Shown: in pieces, positions 45,206 through 54,598 of the stretch
How positions within the stretch are numbered: position 1 is the stretch's first letter
Layout: every line of letters starts with the position of its first letter
Virus record (IMG/VR): IMGVR_UViG_3300025418_000011
Direction: 5' to 3' (one strand)
Source of the DNA: a virus
Length of the DNA stretch: 64,000 nucleotides
Made by a program: the position numbers and the translations under genes
Notes under the pieces: model-generated
What the model was told of the DNA's origin: nothing
Seen by the model: the letters and a program-made list of their open reading frames with translations, nothing else
Databases searched by the model: none

Positions 45206-45268
45206 CTACATAACGCGGCTATTAACAAATCAGTAGCCTTTTAAACAGGCTGTTGATAGAATGTTTGG

Positions 45269-48256
45269 ATGAAAGAGTACAAATTCGTGTTGGACCACGG
45301 AAAACTCAAAAAAGTCCCAAGATCAACTAAAGTAGATTATAAGATTCCGAGCACCACGGATTTCTTCTCTCCTGTTACAAATCTCATACCTAGCCTGAGC
45401 AGCGTTTCCGGTGCTCGTGTGCTTATCGGAGACAAGAGTTCGCTGCAGGCCATGACTCTGGTTAACAGAGAAGCCCCGTTGGTTCAATCTAGCGAAAGTC
45501 AGGAACACAAGAGCTTTGTTGAACAGTTTGGACACAAGCTTGTTAGTATACGCAGCAATATTTCAGGAAAAGTCACTTCAGTAGACAACGACAAGATTGT
45601 TATAAAAGACAACTCTGGTAAAGAGCACGAACATCCGCTTTATCAAAATTATTTAGTAGGTAGAGAAAGTTATATGCACCATACACCTACTGTTAAAGTA
45701 GGTGATTCTGTTAAACCTGAAAGTTTATTAGCTACCTCTAACTACTCAGACAGTCATGGCAATATGGCCTTGGGTATGAATCTCAAAACGGCCGTGATGC
45801 CGTATAGATCGTATAACTTTGAGGACGCACTTGTTATTAGCGAAGATGCTGCAAAAAAATTAGAAGCAGAGCAACTTGTTCCAGTTAGATTGGAGATAGC
45901 TAGAGGTATAGAAACAGAAAAAGATAAATATGTTTCTCTGTTTCCTAATAAATACTTTAATGACCAGTTAGGTAAATTAGATAGCTCTGGTGTTGTGAAA
46001 AGGGGAAGTGTAGTAAAGCACGGAGATCCATTGATTCTTGCCTATCAGCCTAAAACATTAAAGTCATTAGAGATTCAATTAGGTAAACTTTCCAGAGCAT
46101 TAAAAAACGCGTATTCAGATATCACAGAGACCTGGACTTACGAGCACGATGGTGAAGTTGTGGATGTTAGCAACACAGGTAAATTAATCACAGTAACTAT
46201 AAAGACTCGTAGGCCTATGGCCACAGCTGACAAACTATCTAATCCTTTCGGAGCAAAGGGGGTGGTTAGAATTGTTAGCAATAGTGAAATGCCTCAAGGA
46301 GAAGACGGTAAACCTATAGATGTATTGCTCAATTCGATGAGTGTTACTAGCCGTGTTGCTCCGGGGCTCATCACGACCATGGCAATGGGCAAGGTTGCTC
46401 AAAAATTAGGACATAGTCTAAAAATCACACCATTCTCTGATGGTAGCGTTGTTGAAAAAACAATAAAAGAATTAGAGAAACACGGCATAAAAGACACAGA
46501 GAAATTATACGATCCTGTTTCTGGTAAACACATAGAAGTATTCACCGGACCATCTTACTACACTCGACTCCATCATATAGCTGAAGATAAAATTTCGTCC
46601 AGATCGTCAGGAACTACCTACGATATCAATATGCAACCCTCTAAGGCGGGCACAGAAGAAAAGAGTAAGCGTTTGGGAAATCTTGCAACCACGGTGGCAC
46701 TTTCTAACGACGCTAAAGAAGTTTTAAAAGATGTTGCCGTTGTTAGAGGAACAAAAAACGACGAGTTCTGGAATGCAATAAAATTAGGTTATGCTCCACC
46801 TCCACCAAAAGTTCCATTTATATTTAACAAGTTTATCTCTCACCTAGAAGGTTCTGGTGTGCACGTTAATCAAGAGGGAACTAAGTTTAATATTCTTCCC
46901 CAAACAGATAAGGATATAGAAAAAATTAGTCACGGTGAAATTCATGAACCTCTAACCTACAAATTAAAAAATGGTGAATTAGTCGCTGAGAATAACGGAC
47001 TTTTTGACCCTGTAAATGTAGGTATTTATGGAGATAACTATAATCATATCAATCTTTCATTTAAAGTCCCCAATCCTGTTAGTGAAGAACCACTTCGTAA
47101 ACTTTTAGGAGTTACTAAAAATAAGTTTGAAGAGATGCTTGCTGATGGATCGTTAGAGAAAGCTTTAAATGGTATAAAGCTAGACGATAAAATAAACGAG
47201 CTGAAGGGTTACATTAAGTCTAACAGAAAAACAGAGAGAGACTCAGCTGTTAAAGTTTTGTCTTTCTTAACCATGTTGAAGAGGCAGGATTTACATCCTA
47301 AAGATTTATTAATTTCTAAAATTCCGGTTATCCCTGCCCAATATAGACCTATTACTGCTCAAGGTAATCAAATCATGAGCGCTGATGTTAACGAGCTATA
47401 TAAAGATTTGATGCTGGTTAATAAATCTTTTAATGGTATAGACGAGCATACTCCAGTGGAATTAAAAGGAGAGGCTCGCAAAAAATTATACGAGGGCGTT
47501 AGAGCTGTGTATGGTTTAGGCGAACCAATCAGCACCAGGAGCAAAGAAAAAAACTTTAAAGGTTTGTTAGCCACAACACTGGGCACACAAGGAGGTAGTG
47601 CAAAAAGCTCAATGTTCCAGGCAAAGGTTGTGAATAAACCAATAGACCTCGTGGGTAGAGGGGTACTTGTGCCGGATGGAAATCTTCAATTGAACGAAGC
47701 GGCAATTCCTCAGGCTATTTTGTGGAATATATACACTCCTTTTGTTATTCGGAGATTAGTAAGGCAGGGAGTACCAGCCACAAAGGCAAGAGACTATGTT
47801 AAGTCTAAACACCCTTTAGCCTCCTTGGCTTTACAAGAAGAACTCAAGGATCGCCCAGGAATTGTTACCAGAGACCCGCAGTTATCCAAATATAACTTTC
47901 AAGGATTCTACCTTAGGCCTAACCCGGATCCTAAAGACTTCTCTATAAAGCTCAACCCCTTGGTGTTTAAAGGTTATGGTGCTGATTCTGACGGAGACCA
48001 ATTGAATGTGCAAGTTCCGGCAGGAGACGCAGCTAAAGAAGAAGTTAAAGAAAAGTTATTCCCTGAGAAAAACTTAATTTATCATAGAACTTTTAGCCCT
48101 ATATATACCCCATCAAATGAGGCGGCTGTGGGATTATTTGCGGCTAGCTACGAGAATAAACATAATAAACCTATGCACTACTCTAGCGAAGCCCAGGTAG
48201 TTGCCGATTTTATGGCCGGAAAGCTAGACATAGGAGATAATATTGACTTATCTTAA
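45269..48256 (+). CDS. rpoB-rpoC: RNA polymerase beta C-terminal / beta' N-terminal fusion (catalytic DxDGD)
   Basis: beta: YNFEDA, DKLSNPFGAKGVV, DVLLN, YYTRLHHIAEDKISSR, KRLGN. beta': GLFD, HINL, IPVIPAQYRP, DVNELY, IDLVGRGV, RDPQL, YGADSDGDQ. Confidence 0.95.
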   Translation: MKEYKFVLDHGKLKKVPRSTKVDYKIPSTTDFFSPVTNLIPSLSSVSGARVLIGDKSSLQAMTLVNREAPLVQSSESQEHKSFVEQFGHKLVSIRSNISGKVTSVDNDKIVIKDNSGKEHEHPLYQNYLVGRESYMHHTPTVKVGDSVKPESLLATSNYSDSHGNMALGMNLKTAVMPYRSYNFEDALVISEDAAKKLEAEQLVPVRLEIARGIETEKDKYVSLFPNKYFNDQLGKLDSSGVVKRGSVVKHGDPLILAYQPKTLKSLEIQLGKLSRALKNAYSDITETWTYEHDGEVVDVSNTGKLITVTIKTRRPMATADKLSNPFGAKGVVRIVSNSEMPQGEDGKPIDVLLNSMSVTSRVAPGLITTMAMGKVAQKLGHSLKITPFSDGSVVEKTIKELEKHGIKDTEKLYDPVSGKHIEVFTGPSYYTRLHHIAEDKISSRSSGTTYDINMQPSKAGTEEKSKRLGNLATTVALSNDAKEVLKDVAVVRGTKNDEFWNAIKLGYAPPPPKVPFIFNKFISHLEGSGVHVNQEGTKFNILPQTDKDIEKISHGEIHEPLTYKLKNGELVAENNGLFDPVNVGIYGDNYNHINLSFKVPNPVSEEPLRKLLGVTKNKFEEMLADGSLEKALNGIKLDDKINELKGYIKSNRKTERDSAVKVLSFLTMLKRQDLHPKDLLISKIPVIPAQYRPITAQGNQIMSADVNELYKDLMLVNKSFNGIDEHTPVELKGEARKKLYEGVRAVYGLGEPISTRSKEKNFKGLLATTLGTQGGSAKSSMFQAKVVNKPIDLVGRGVLVPDGNLQLNEAAIPQAILWNIYTPFVIRRLVRQGVPATKARDYVKSKHPLASLALQEELKDRPGIVTRDPQLSKYNFQGFYLRPNPDPKDFSIKLNPLVFKGYGADSDGDQLNVQVPAGDAAKEEVKEKLFPEKNLIYHRTFSPIYTPSNEAAVGLFAASYENKHNKPMHYSSEAQVVADFMAGKLDIGDNIDLS

Positions 48257-48286
48257 AGCTTTATTAAACTTTAAGTATCACATACA

Positions 48287-48487
48287 ATGATAGATGAAGA
48301 AATTTGGTTTAAGCTAACTGATGAAGAAAAGTTGGCGGAGCTAGAACACTATCTAGATGAACTCCGCAGGCTTGATTCCGGAGAGCATGAACTAAGGGGT
48401 ACCCATCAACAGGGTAAAATTAAGACTTTAAAAAAAGAAATAAAGAAGAAAATAAATAAAATAATAGACCTGGAGTATATCAAATGA
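48287..48487 (+). CDS. Hypothetical protein
   Basis: 66-aa ORF. Confidence 0.55.
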   Translation: MIDEEIWFKLTDEEKLAELEHYLDELRRLDSGEHELRGTHQQGKIKTLKKEIKKKINKIIDLEYIK

Positions 48488-49080
48488 ATATTCAATCCCT
48501 TATAGAATCTTATGATGGCCTAGTTAAAGAGGCGTTCATCCCAAATCCCCAGGCGCAACAAGATCAGGGACAGTTGCAACAAGCTCAGCAACAGCTTATG
48601 GGTATGATCTCTCAACTCCCTCCCGAACTTCAGCAGCAGATTTCCCCGGCGTTGCAGCAACTTCAACAGCTTCCGCCCGACCAGCAGCTCCAGGCCATGC
48701 AACAGCTTGCCCAGCAGATCCAGCAGGTAGGTCAACAACAAGCGCAGCCTCAGCAACCACAGGAAGGCCAACCGGCAGAACAAGCCGAGCAGGAACCTCA
48801 GCAAGCCGCAGGAAATGTTAATGCGGAGAACAGCCTCGATAACACAAAGGTAACACTTTCTGTCAGAGAACTCTTAGATCTTTCGAGTGGCGGCAAGGCT
48901 ACCCATAGCTTGCTTAAGGTTAAACAACTTGCGGACACCCATAATAAAAAAATGGAAGCTATGCAGAAGCAGCAGCAGCAAGCAGAAGATCAGGCTCAGC
49001 AAGAGCAAGCCCAGCAATCCGCTATGGGGCAAGGTGGTATTTATACAGCTCCCATGGGATCAGGAAAACCACAACAATGA
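48484..49080 (+). CDS. Gln-rich putative head-associated protein (K-x-A family)
   Basis: SYDGLVKEAF, then Q/P-rich repeats. Confidence 0.6.
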   Translation: MNIQSLIESYDGLVKEAFIPNPQAQQDQGQLQQAQQQLMGMISQLPPELQQQISPALQQLQQLPPDQQLQAMQQLAQQIQQVGQQQAQPQQPQEGQPAEQAEQEPQQAAGNVNAENSLDNTKVTLSVRELLDLSSGGKATHSLLKVKQLADTHNKKMEAMQKQQQQAEDQAQQEQAQQSAMGQGGIYTAPMGSGKPQQ

Positions 49081-49403
49081 GCTCCTTAGAAAAAGTTAGC
49101 AATTATTTGGACAGCTTCACTCCAGAAGATGCAAATTTTGACTATGCTTGTTATATTCGAGAAAAACTTGCGGATATGCAGGCAGTGCAATCAGCAGGAG
49201 TCATTAACTCAGAAGAAAGTACGGACGAGCATACTGGAGATTTAGATACATCAGAACAAGATAAGGCCCATGATAATTTAGAGGGAAAATTAATGCATGG
49301 AGCTTTTCAGGACTTAGAGGCATTAAATCAAATAGATAAGGATAAATTAAAAGTAGCCTCTCCTGTAAAAGATTTGTTAGATAAAATAACCAGCAAAAAA
49401 TAA
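49077..49403 (+). CDS. Acidic putative head-associated protein
   Basis: LEKVSN, KLKVAS. Confidence 0.55.
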   Translation: MSSLEKVSNYLDSFTPEDANFDYACYIREKLADMQAVQSAGVINSEESTDEHTGDLDTSEQDKAHDNLEGKLMHGAFQDLEALNQIDKDKLKVASPVKDLLDKITSKK

Positions 49404-49404
49404 T

Positions 49405-51267
49405 ATGCCTGTTACCACGGTAGGGAGAATACTTTTAAAGGAGTATACTCCTAGACACTTACACCACATGATAGATGGGCAGATTCTCGATAAAAAGGGA
49501 ATCTCTAACCTTTTTAGTGAGCTGGTAAAGCAGGAGCCGGAGAATTATAGTAAAATTGCTTCAGATCTTACTAGGCTTGGATTTGAAGTAGCCACTAGGC
49601 AAGGAACATCCATCACTCTTAAAGATCTTGTTTCTCCTGTTAATACTAAAGAAATTTATGATAAGTTCGATGAGTTCCAGGAAAAGGTAAAAAGCTCTAA
49701 AGACCCAGAGCACATCAAGAATCAAAGAATTTTTGATAAATATAATTCTTTGATGGAAGAAACCAACAAAACTATTCTTGATGAGGGACTTAAGAATAAT
49801 AAGTCTTTGGCTAAGATTATTTTAGCAGGGTCTAGAGGATCTCCTGCACAATATAGATCAACTATCGCAACTCAGGGAATTGTAGTGGATGCGGAAGGTA
49901 ACCCTAAGATGGATATCCCCGTTAAGAGCTCTTTTGCCGAAGGATTATCTCTTCCAGAATATTTAGTCACATCTTTTGGTACTCGTTCTGGTGAGGTTGT
50001 TAAAAAGATTGGTGTGGCTCAGGGTGGATACAGCTCTAAGCAGTTCTCCAGAGCCCTGATGAATCTACAAGTTACAGAACATGATTGCGGAACCACAAGC
50101 GGAATAAGTGTACCTACCTCAGATAAAGATTCTGTTGGTGCTTATCTTGCACAACCCGCAGGAGAGTATAAGCGTAATAATGAAGTTACTGCTAAGATGT
50201 TAAATGACTTGAAAAGTCATGGAATTGATAAAATTTTGATACGCTCGCCCATGACTTGCAAGGCAAGTAACAACAGTCACTTTGGAGCCGTTTGCCAATT
50301 ATGTGTAGGCAGAAGAGAAAAGGGGCTGGCGGCCCCTGATAGTTATATTGGTTTAGTGGCGGGTACCGCAGTCAGCGAACCCTTGACCGAGTACGCGATG
50401 AAACTGAGACACGGAGGAGGAGCCGCCACATCTTTAGGTGGGGTCACAGGGTTCAAGATGATTAATCAGCTAGCCAATATTCCAAAGACATTTTTAAACA
50501 AGGCTCCACTCGCTCAAGAAGATGGAATTGTTACAAATGTTCAACATGCTGCCGCCGGTGGATATTTTATAAAAATAAATGATACAGAGTATTATATAGG
50601 TGTAGGGCAAGAGCCTTATGTTAAGGTTGGAGATAAAGTTGAACAAGGGGATGTGCTAAGTTCGGGACTAGTTGATCCTAGCGAGGTTGTAAGATACAAA
50701 GGTATAGGTGAGGGAAGAAGCTATTATGCTCAAGCAATGAAAAAGGCTTTTGATGAGGGTAACCTGGGAGTAAATAGAAGAAACTTTGAATTGATCGCCA
50801 GGTCCGCCATAGATCACGTAAAAATAAATGATAATGACGGGCTTGGTGACTTTCTACCCGATCAAATTGTTTCATACGCCGCACTTGAGAAGAATTATGT
50901 ACCTAGACCTAACAGTAAAATTTTAAGATCAGACTTAGCCTACGGTAAATATTTGGAAAAGCCTGCTTTACATTATACAATAGGTACAAGAATATCTTCG
51001 TCGGTTATTAAAAATTTAACAGAGCATGGAATAGAATCTGTTGAGGTTAATGACGATCCCCCCAATTTTGAACCTCACATGGTTAGACTATTAGACGTAC
51101 CTGAGCACGTAGATGACTTTATGCATGTGCTCTATAGTACAAATCTAGCAAAGCGTTTTAGTAATGCCGTGAACGAAGGAGCTTCTTCTGACATTAGAGG
51201 ACCTAGCCCTATTCCTGGCATTGCTCATGGTGTAGGATTTGGCGAACACACAAATTTCAAAGAGTAG
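49405..51267 (+). CDS. rpoC: RNA polymerase beta' subunit, C-terminal part
   Basis: GSRGS, SFAEGL..PEY (bridge helix), EHDCGT, RSPMTC, CQLCVG (Zn), SEPLTEYAMKLRHGGG (trigger loop). Confidence 0.95.
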   Translation: MPVTTVGRILLKEYTPRHLHHMIDGQILDKKGISNLFSELVKQEPENYSKIASDLTRLGFEVATRQGTSITLKDLVSPVNTKEIYDKFDEFQEKVKSSKDPEHIKNQRIFDKYNSLMEETNKTILDEGLKNNKSLAKIILAGSRGSPAQYRSTIATQGIVVDAEGNPKMDIPVKSSFAEGLSLPEYLVTSFGTRSGEVVKKIGVAQGGYSSKQFSRALMNLQVTEHDCGTTSGISVPTSDKDSVGAYLAQPAGEYKRNNEVTAKMLNDLKSHGIDKILIRSPMTCKASNNSHFGAVCQLCVGRREKGLAAPDSYIGLVAGTAVSEPLTEYAMKLRHGGGAATSLGGVTGFKMINQLANIPKTFLNKAPLAQEDGIVTNVQHAAAGGYFIKINDTEYYIGVGQEPYVKVGDKVEQGDVLSSGLVDPSEVVRYKGIGEGRSYYAQAMKKAFDEGNLGVNRRNFELIARSAIDHVKINDNDGLGDFLPDQIVSYAALEKNYVPRPNSKILRSDLAYGKYLEKPALHYTIGTRISSSVIKNLTEHGIESVEVNDDPPNFEPHMVRLLDVPEHVDDFMHVLYSTNLAKRFSNAVNEGASSDIRGPSPIPGIAHGVGFGEHTNFKE

Positions 51268-51284
51268 TTAAGCTATTTAGAAGC

Positions 51285-51313
51285 TTGCATGTAGGTTAAA
51301 AAATACGTAATAT
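51285..51313 (+). promoter_or_regulatory. sigma70-like promoter for the head module
   Basis: TTGCAT-17 nt-TAATAT. Confidence 0.6.
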
Positions 51314-51341
51314 TGTTTATAAATTCTGGGATTATATAATT

Positions 51342-53633
51342 ATGGCAAATTTTTCTAAAACAAAAAAGGCGGGCGACGATTCATTAGAGCAGTCATTTTT
51401 TCAGCTTGCCTATAACAAGCTTCAGGACAGTTTGAAGAATCTTCTTCCGTTTTTAATAGGCTTTGAGATCGTAAAAAAGAACGAGGACAACACCAAGGCT
51501 CTTGGTGTTTTTGGATTTCGCTCTCATGGAGGACAAATCCTTTATGTACCTGCTTTCTTCGTGGACGGTAAAGTAAAGAATCTCGATCTTCTTTATTCTA
51601 AAAATAACGAGCAGTTTTATCCTCTGGATGAAGACTTTGCTGAGTTATTCTTAAAAGACGAAACCACTAATTTGGGTGCCGTAGCAAAAGAACCAAGACA
51701 GAAGGTTCTACAGGATATGACTCAAGGCGACTATCGCCAGATGACTATTCCTCCTCGTACAGGTAAGTACACCATAGCCTCTTGCATAGATTACGTAAAG
51801 GATTCTGATAATAAAACAAAGAGAGCATTCACAGAGCTTTTAGAGAAGGACGCAGACTTTTGCGAGTCTGTACTACGCTTCTATCCTATAGAGAAAGTTG
51901 CAGAAGCTGTTGTAGAAACAGAAGATGGTGACAAATATAGAGAGGGAAATGATGTTAAGGTGGTGATGAAAGACCAAAAACCTGAGGTCTTGAAGCTTGA
52001 TGAAAAGCAAAGAAAAGACGTTATGACTCAGGGATTTATAATAATTGACAAACGTCCTGTAGATAAAAAATCTAAGTTTGGCGCTGTTGATTATGTAAAG
52101 ACATTCCAAAATCCTGTAGAGTCTGGCTTTTATCCATATATCACAACAACAGGAAATATTAACTACGGTTTAATCCTTGTTCGTCCTAAGCAGCTTCAAC
52201 AAGATTTTGCCACGGATGATGCGATAATTATCAACCTTGATGCTGAAGACAAAGGAACCGCTTATGTGGCAGACACTAAGATGGTTTTTGTTAAAGATCA
52301 ACTCAAAGTCGCAGACTATTCTTTAGTCCACAAGATGATGGTGGATCCCGCTGAAGCTCGTCCTAGCTATACTTCGGTTTATGTTCTTATTAACGAGCAA
52401 ATGCAGGCTACTCAGCCATTTAGAATTAATGCTAACTTTAAAGATGCGCAAGGGATCAGAAGAATTAGTGTAGAGCCGTTTTCTATTCACGAGGATCCTA
52501 AGACCGGTTATGAGTATCAAGATCATAATCATGGAATGACAGATAGGCCCGGCAGTGTTCATAATCTTCCTCGTGGAAACTATTATAGACATCCCAGAAA
52601 AGCCAAAGAGATATTGCTCGTAATGACCAAGAAACCTAATGGTGGGCTTGATTATCATGGGCACACGGTATATGTACCTTCAGGTTATAAGCTTTTAGAG
52701 GTGAAGTTCCACCCAATGAATGAATATGGTTATTGTGGTGTTGAAGCTCCATATGTTTCTTTAGATGCCTCAAATAAAGATAAAAGTGAAGCAGATAAAG
52801 CTCAAGCCGAGAGAGCCAAAGCTCACGAAAAGTATTTAGAGAATAGGCCGGGCGGTGTATGGGCATTAAATTCGTTTCTTACTAGGAATAATATTTTCCC
52901 GATGACTGTAAGAACAAACGGCAGTGAGTACTTTAGCGATATTGCCGGAGCGAAGAAAAAGTATGACAATCCAATGAAGGCCAAGATTGCCATGGTTACT
53001 GAAGTTGGATTAGACTTCAAGCAGGCTTGTGAAGTTATTGATAATCTCACTCCCTCCAAGGCAATTTCAGGACATGTAAAAATTGCTTATACAGGAGACT
53101 ATTATCCCATCCCTTACGAGGAAGCGCCGTACACCAACCAGGTGGGACAGCCGACATATGTTGGAGTTGGTCAAGAGAGTCGACTCCCTGCAGACATTCG
53201 CTACACAGGAGATCCTACAGCCTTAGGTTTAACGGTGATGCCGGAAGTTGAAGGAGTGGACCCGTCCAGCCCTAAGAACAAGATTGATCCTAAATATGTA
53301 AACCAGGCCGCCCAGATGGCTCAGAACGGACAGAAAGAAATATTCGACGTTCAGACCATGGCCACATTGGCTAAATATGTAGGTGTCAGCGACAAGATCA
53401 CAGAATACATTCCGTCGTTAATAGAAGGTATGGATAGACTGGGCAGAATTATTTTCCTTCTTAACTGGGATACTGATAAATTTGTGGAGATGTACGGAAG
53501 AAATGACCTCCCCCAGCTCTCAGAGTTGGTCACTAATGTATTTAAAAATCTTGGAGAATTAGTCATCTTCCTTAAGCGTAAATCCCCAGAATTAAACATC
53601 AACATGGGTAAGGAAGATGCCCTCGAATTCTAA
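51342..53633 (+). CDS. Large putative head morphogenesis protein (K-x-A family)
   Basis: 763 aa; TKKAG, IEKVAE, HVKIAY; first gene of the head operon. No family recognised. Confidence 0.55.
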   Translation: MANFSKTKKAGDDSLEQSFFQLAYNKLQDSLKNLLPFLIGFEIVKKNEDNTKALGVFGFRSHGGQILYVPAFFVDGKVKNLDLLYSKNNEQFYPLDEDFAELFLKDETTNLGAVAKEPRQKVLQDMTQGDYRQMTIPPRTGKYTIASCIDYVKDSDNKTKRAFTELLEKDADFCESVLRFYPIEKVAEAVVETEDGDKYREGNDVKVVMKDQKPEVLKLDEKQRKDVMTQGFIIIDKRPVDKKSKFGAVDYVKTFQNPVESGFYPYITTTGNINYGLILVRPKQLQQDFATDDAIIINLDAEDKGTAYVADTKMVFVKDQLKVADYSLVHKMMVDPAEARPSYTSVYVLINEQMQATQPFRINANFKDAQGIRRISVEPFSIHEDPKTGYEYQDHNHGMTDRPGSVHNLPRGNYYRHPRKAKEILLVMTKKPNGGLDYHGHTVYVPSGYKLLEVKFHPMNEYGYCGVEAPYVSLDASNKDKSEADKAQAERAKAHEKYLENRPGGVWALNSFLTRNNIFPMTVRTNGSEYFSDIAGAKKKYDNPMKAKIAMVTEVGLDFKQACEVIDNLTPSKAISGHVKIAYTGDYYPIPYEEAPYTNQVGQPTYVGVGQESRLPADIRYTGDPTALGLTVMPEVEGVDPSSPKNKIDPKYVNQAAQMAQNGQKEIFDVQTMATLAKYVGVSDKITEYIPSLIEGMDRLGRIIFLLNWDTDKFVEMYGRNDLPQLSELVTNVFKNLGELVIFLKRKSPELNINMGKEDALEF

Positions 53634-54585
53634 TACATCCCCTGAAAAGGATAGTCTGCTTAAAAAATATTTAGCCCTAAAAGTACTTAGGGATAATATT
53701 TATTATCAGCAGCCTGGTAAATATAGCTTTACTGATGTGGCAGAGGATCTTCCCTCAAGTATGCAGGGAGCTGTGCCTTACTTAAAAGAGCTAGCTCCTA
53801 GTTTAGCTACAATCTCTCCTGACCCTAATACCAGAGCGAATCAAATATCTGCTGCGGTTGAAAGAATAAAACATTCGCAGGGAAATAAGAAAAACGTAGC
53901 TAGGCAGGCAGTTGAAAATGCGCTTAAGTTAGGTTTGGTGGGTCTTCCTGCAGGTTTTTTAGTTGGGGCAGGTGCTAGAATATTGGGACCTAGACTACCT
54001 ATCAATAGATGGGGAGAATTACGCAGTCCCTTTCAATTAGGTAGAAATTTAGATAGAGCTATAAATAATCCAGCCTACCGTAATAGACTTGTTTCGCATG
54101 CCTGGGGAGATGCAAAAACCAATGCATTACTGGCAGGAGCTGCAGGAGCAGCTACACCAATAATTTCTAGTGAATCTAAGCCAAACGATATGGAGCTGTC
54201 TTCTGCTTCAGCTATTTTACAAAACCATCCTTACGCTACCGCACTGCCCGGAGGAGAACTATCTGCACTAGTAAGTTCAAATAGTAATAACAATTATGCT
54301 GGACCGGCATTAGCTGGTGTTGTGGGAGCGGGAGCCGGAGGAGCTGCAACATTCTTAGGGCCTGCAAGAGAGGCAATAAAAAGAATATTAGGTACTAGGA
54401 TACAGCAGGTAGAACCTGGACTTGTTGGAATAAATTACCCTAACTGGCGAAAGCTTTCATATCCTTTTATCCGTGCAGCTAGAACAGGGCTTTTAAGAAA
54501 CAGTTTAATTGGTACTGGTATTGGTTTAGGTGCAGGCTATCTATCTTCACGAAATAACGATTCACAGTCAACACAGCCATCTTGA
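53617..54585 (+). CDS. Gly-zipper putative internal/ejection protein
   Basis: Several GxxxG hydrophobic segments. Confidence 0.55.
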   Translation: MPSNSNTSPEKDSLLKKYLALKVLRDNIYYQQPGKYSFTDVAEDLPSSMQGAVPYLKELAPSLATISPDPNTRANQISAAVERIKHSQGNKKNVARQAVENALKLGLVGLPAGFLVGAGARILGPRLPINRWGELRSPFQLGRNLDRAINNPAYRNRLVSHAWGDAKTNALLAGAAGAATPIISSESKPNDMELSSASAILQNHPYATALPGGELSALVSSNSNNNYAGPALAGVVGAGAGGAATFLGPAREAIKRILGTRIQQVEPGLVGINYPNWRKLSYPFIRAARTGLLRNSLIGTGIGLGAGYLSSRNNDSQSTQPS

Positions 54586-54598
54586 GATCCCACACAAC

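Noticed and set aside
46900-46960. IEKIS at the beta/beta' junction as a K-x-A/S cleavage site
   Set aside because: DIEKISHGEI aligns with the conserved beta' segment DMIRSWSFGEV, so homology explains it.
33560-51267. RNAP split caused by introns or split inteins
   Set aside because: The fragments lie on opposite strands and kilobases apart. I saw no intein terminal motifs (N-terminal C/S block, C-terminal HN) and no group I/II intron features between them.
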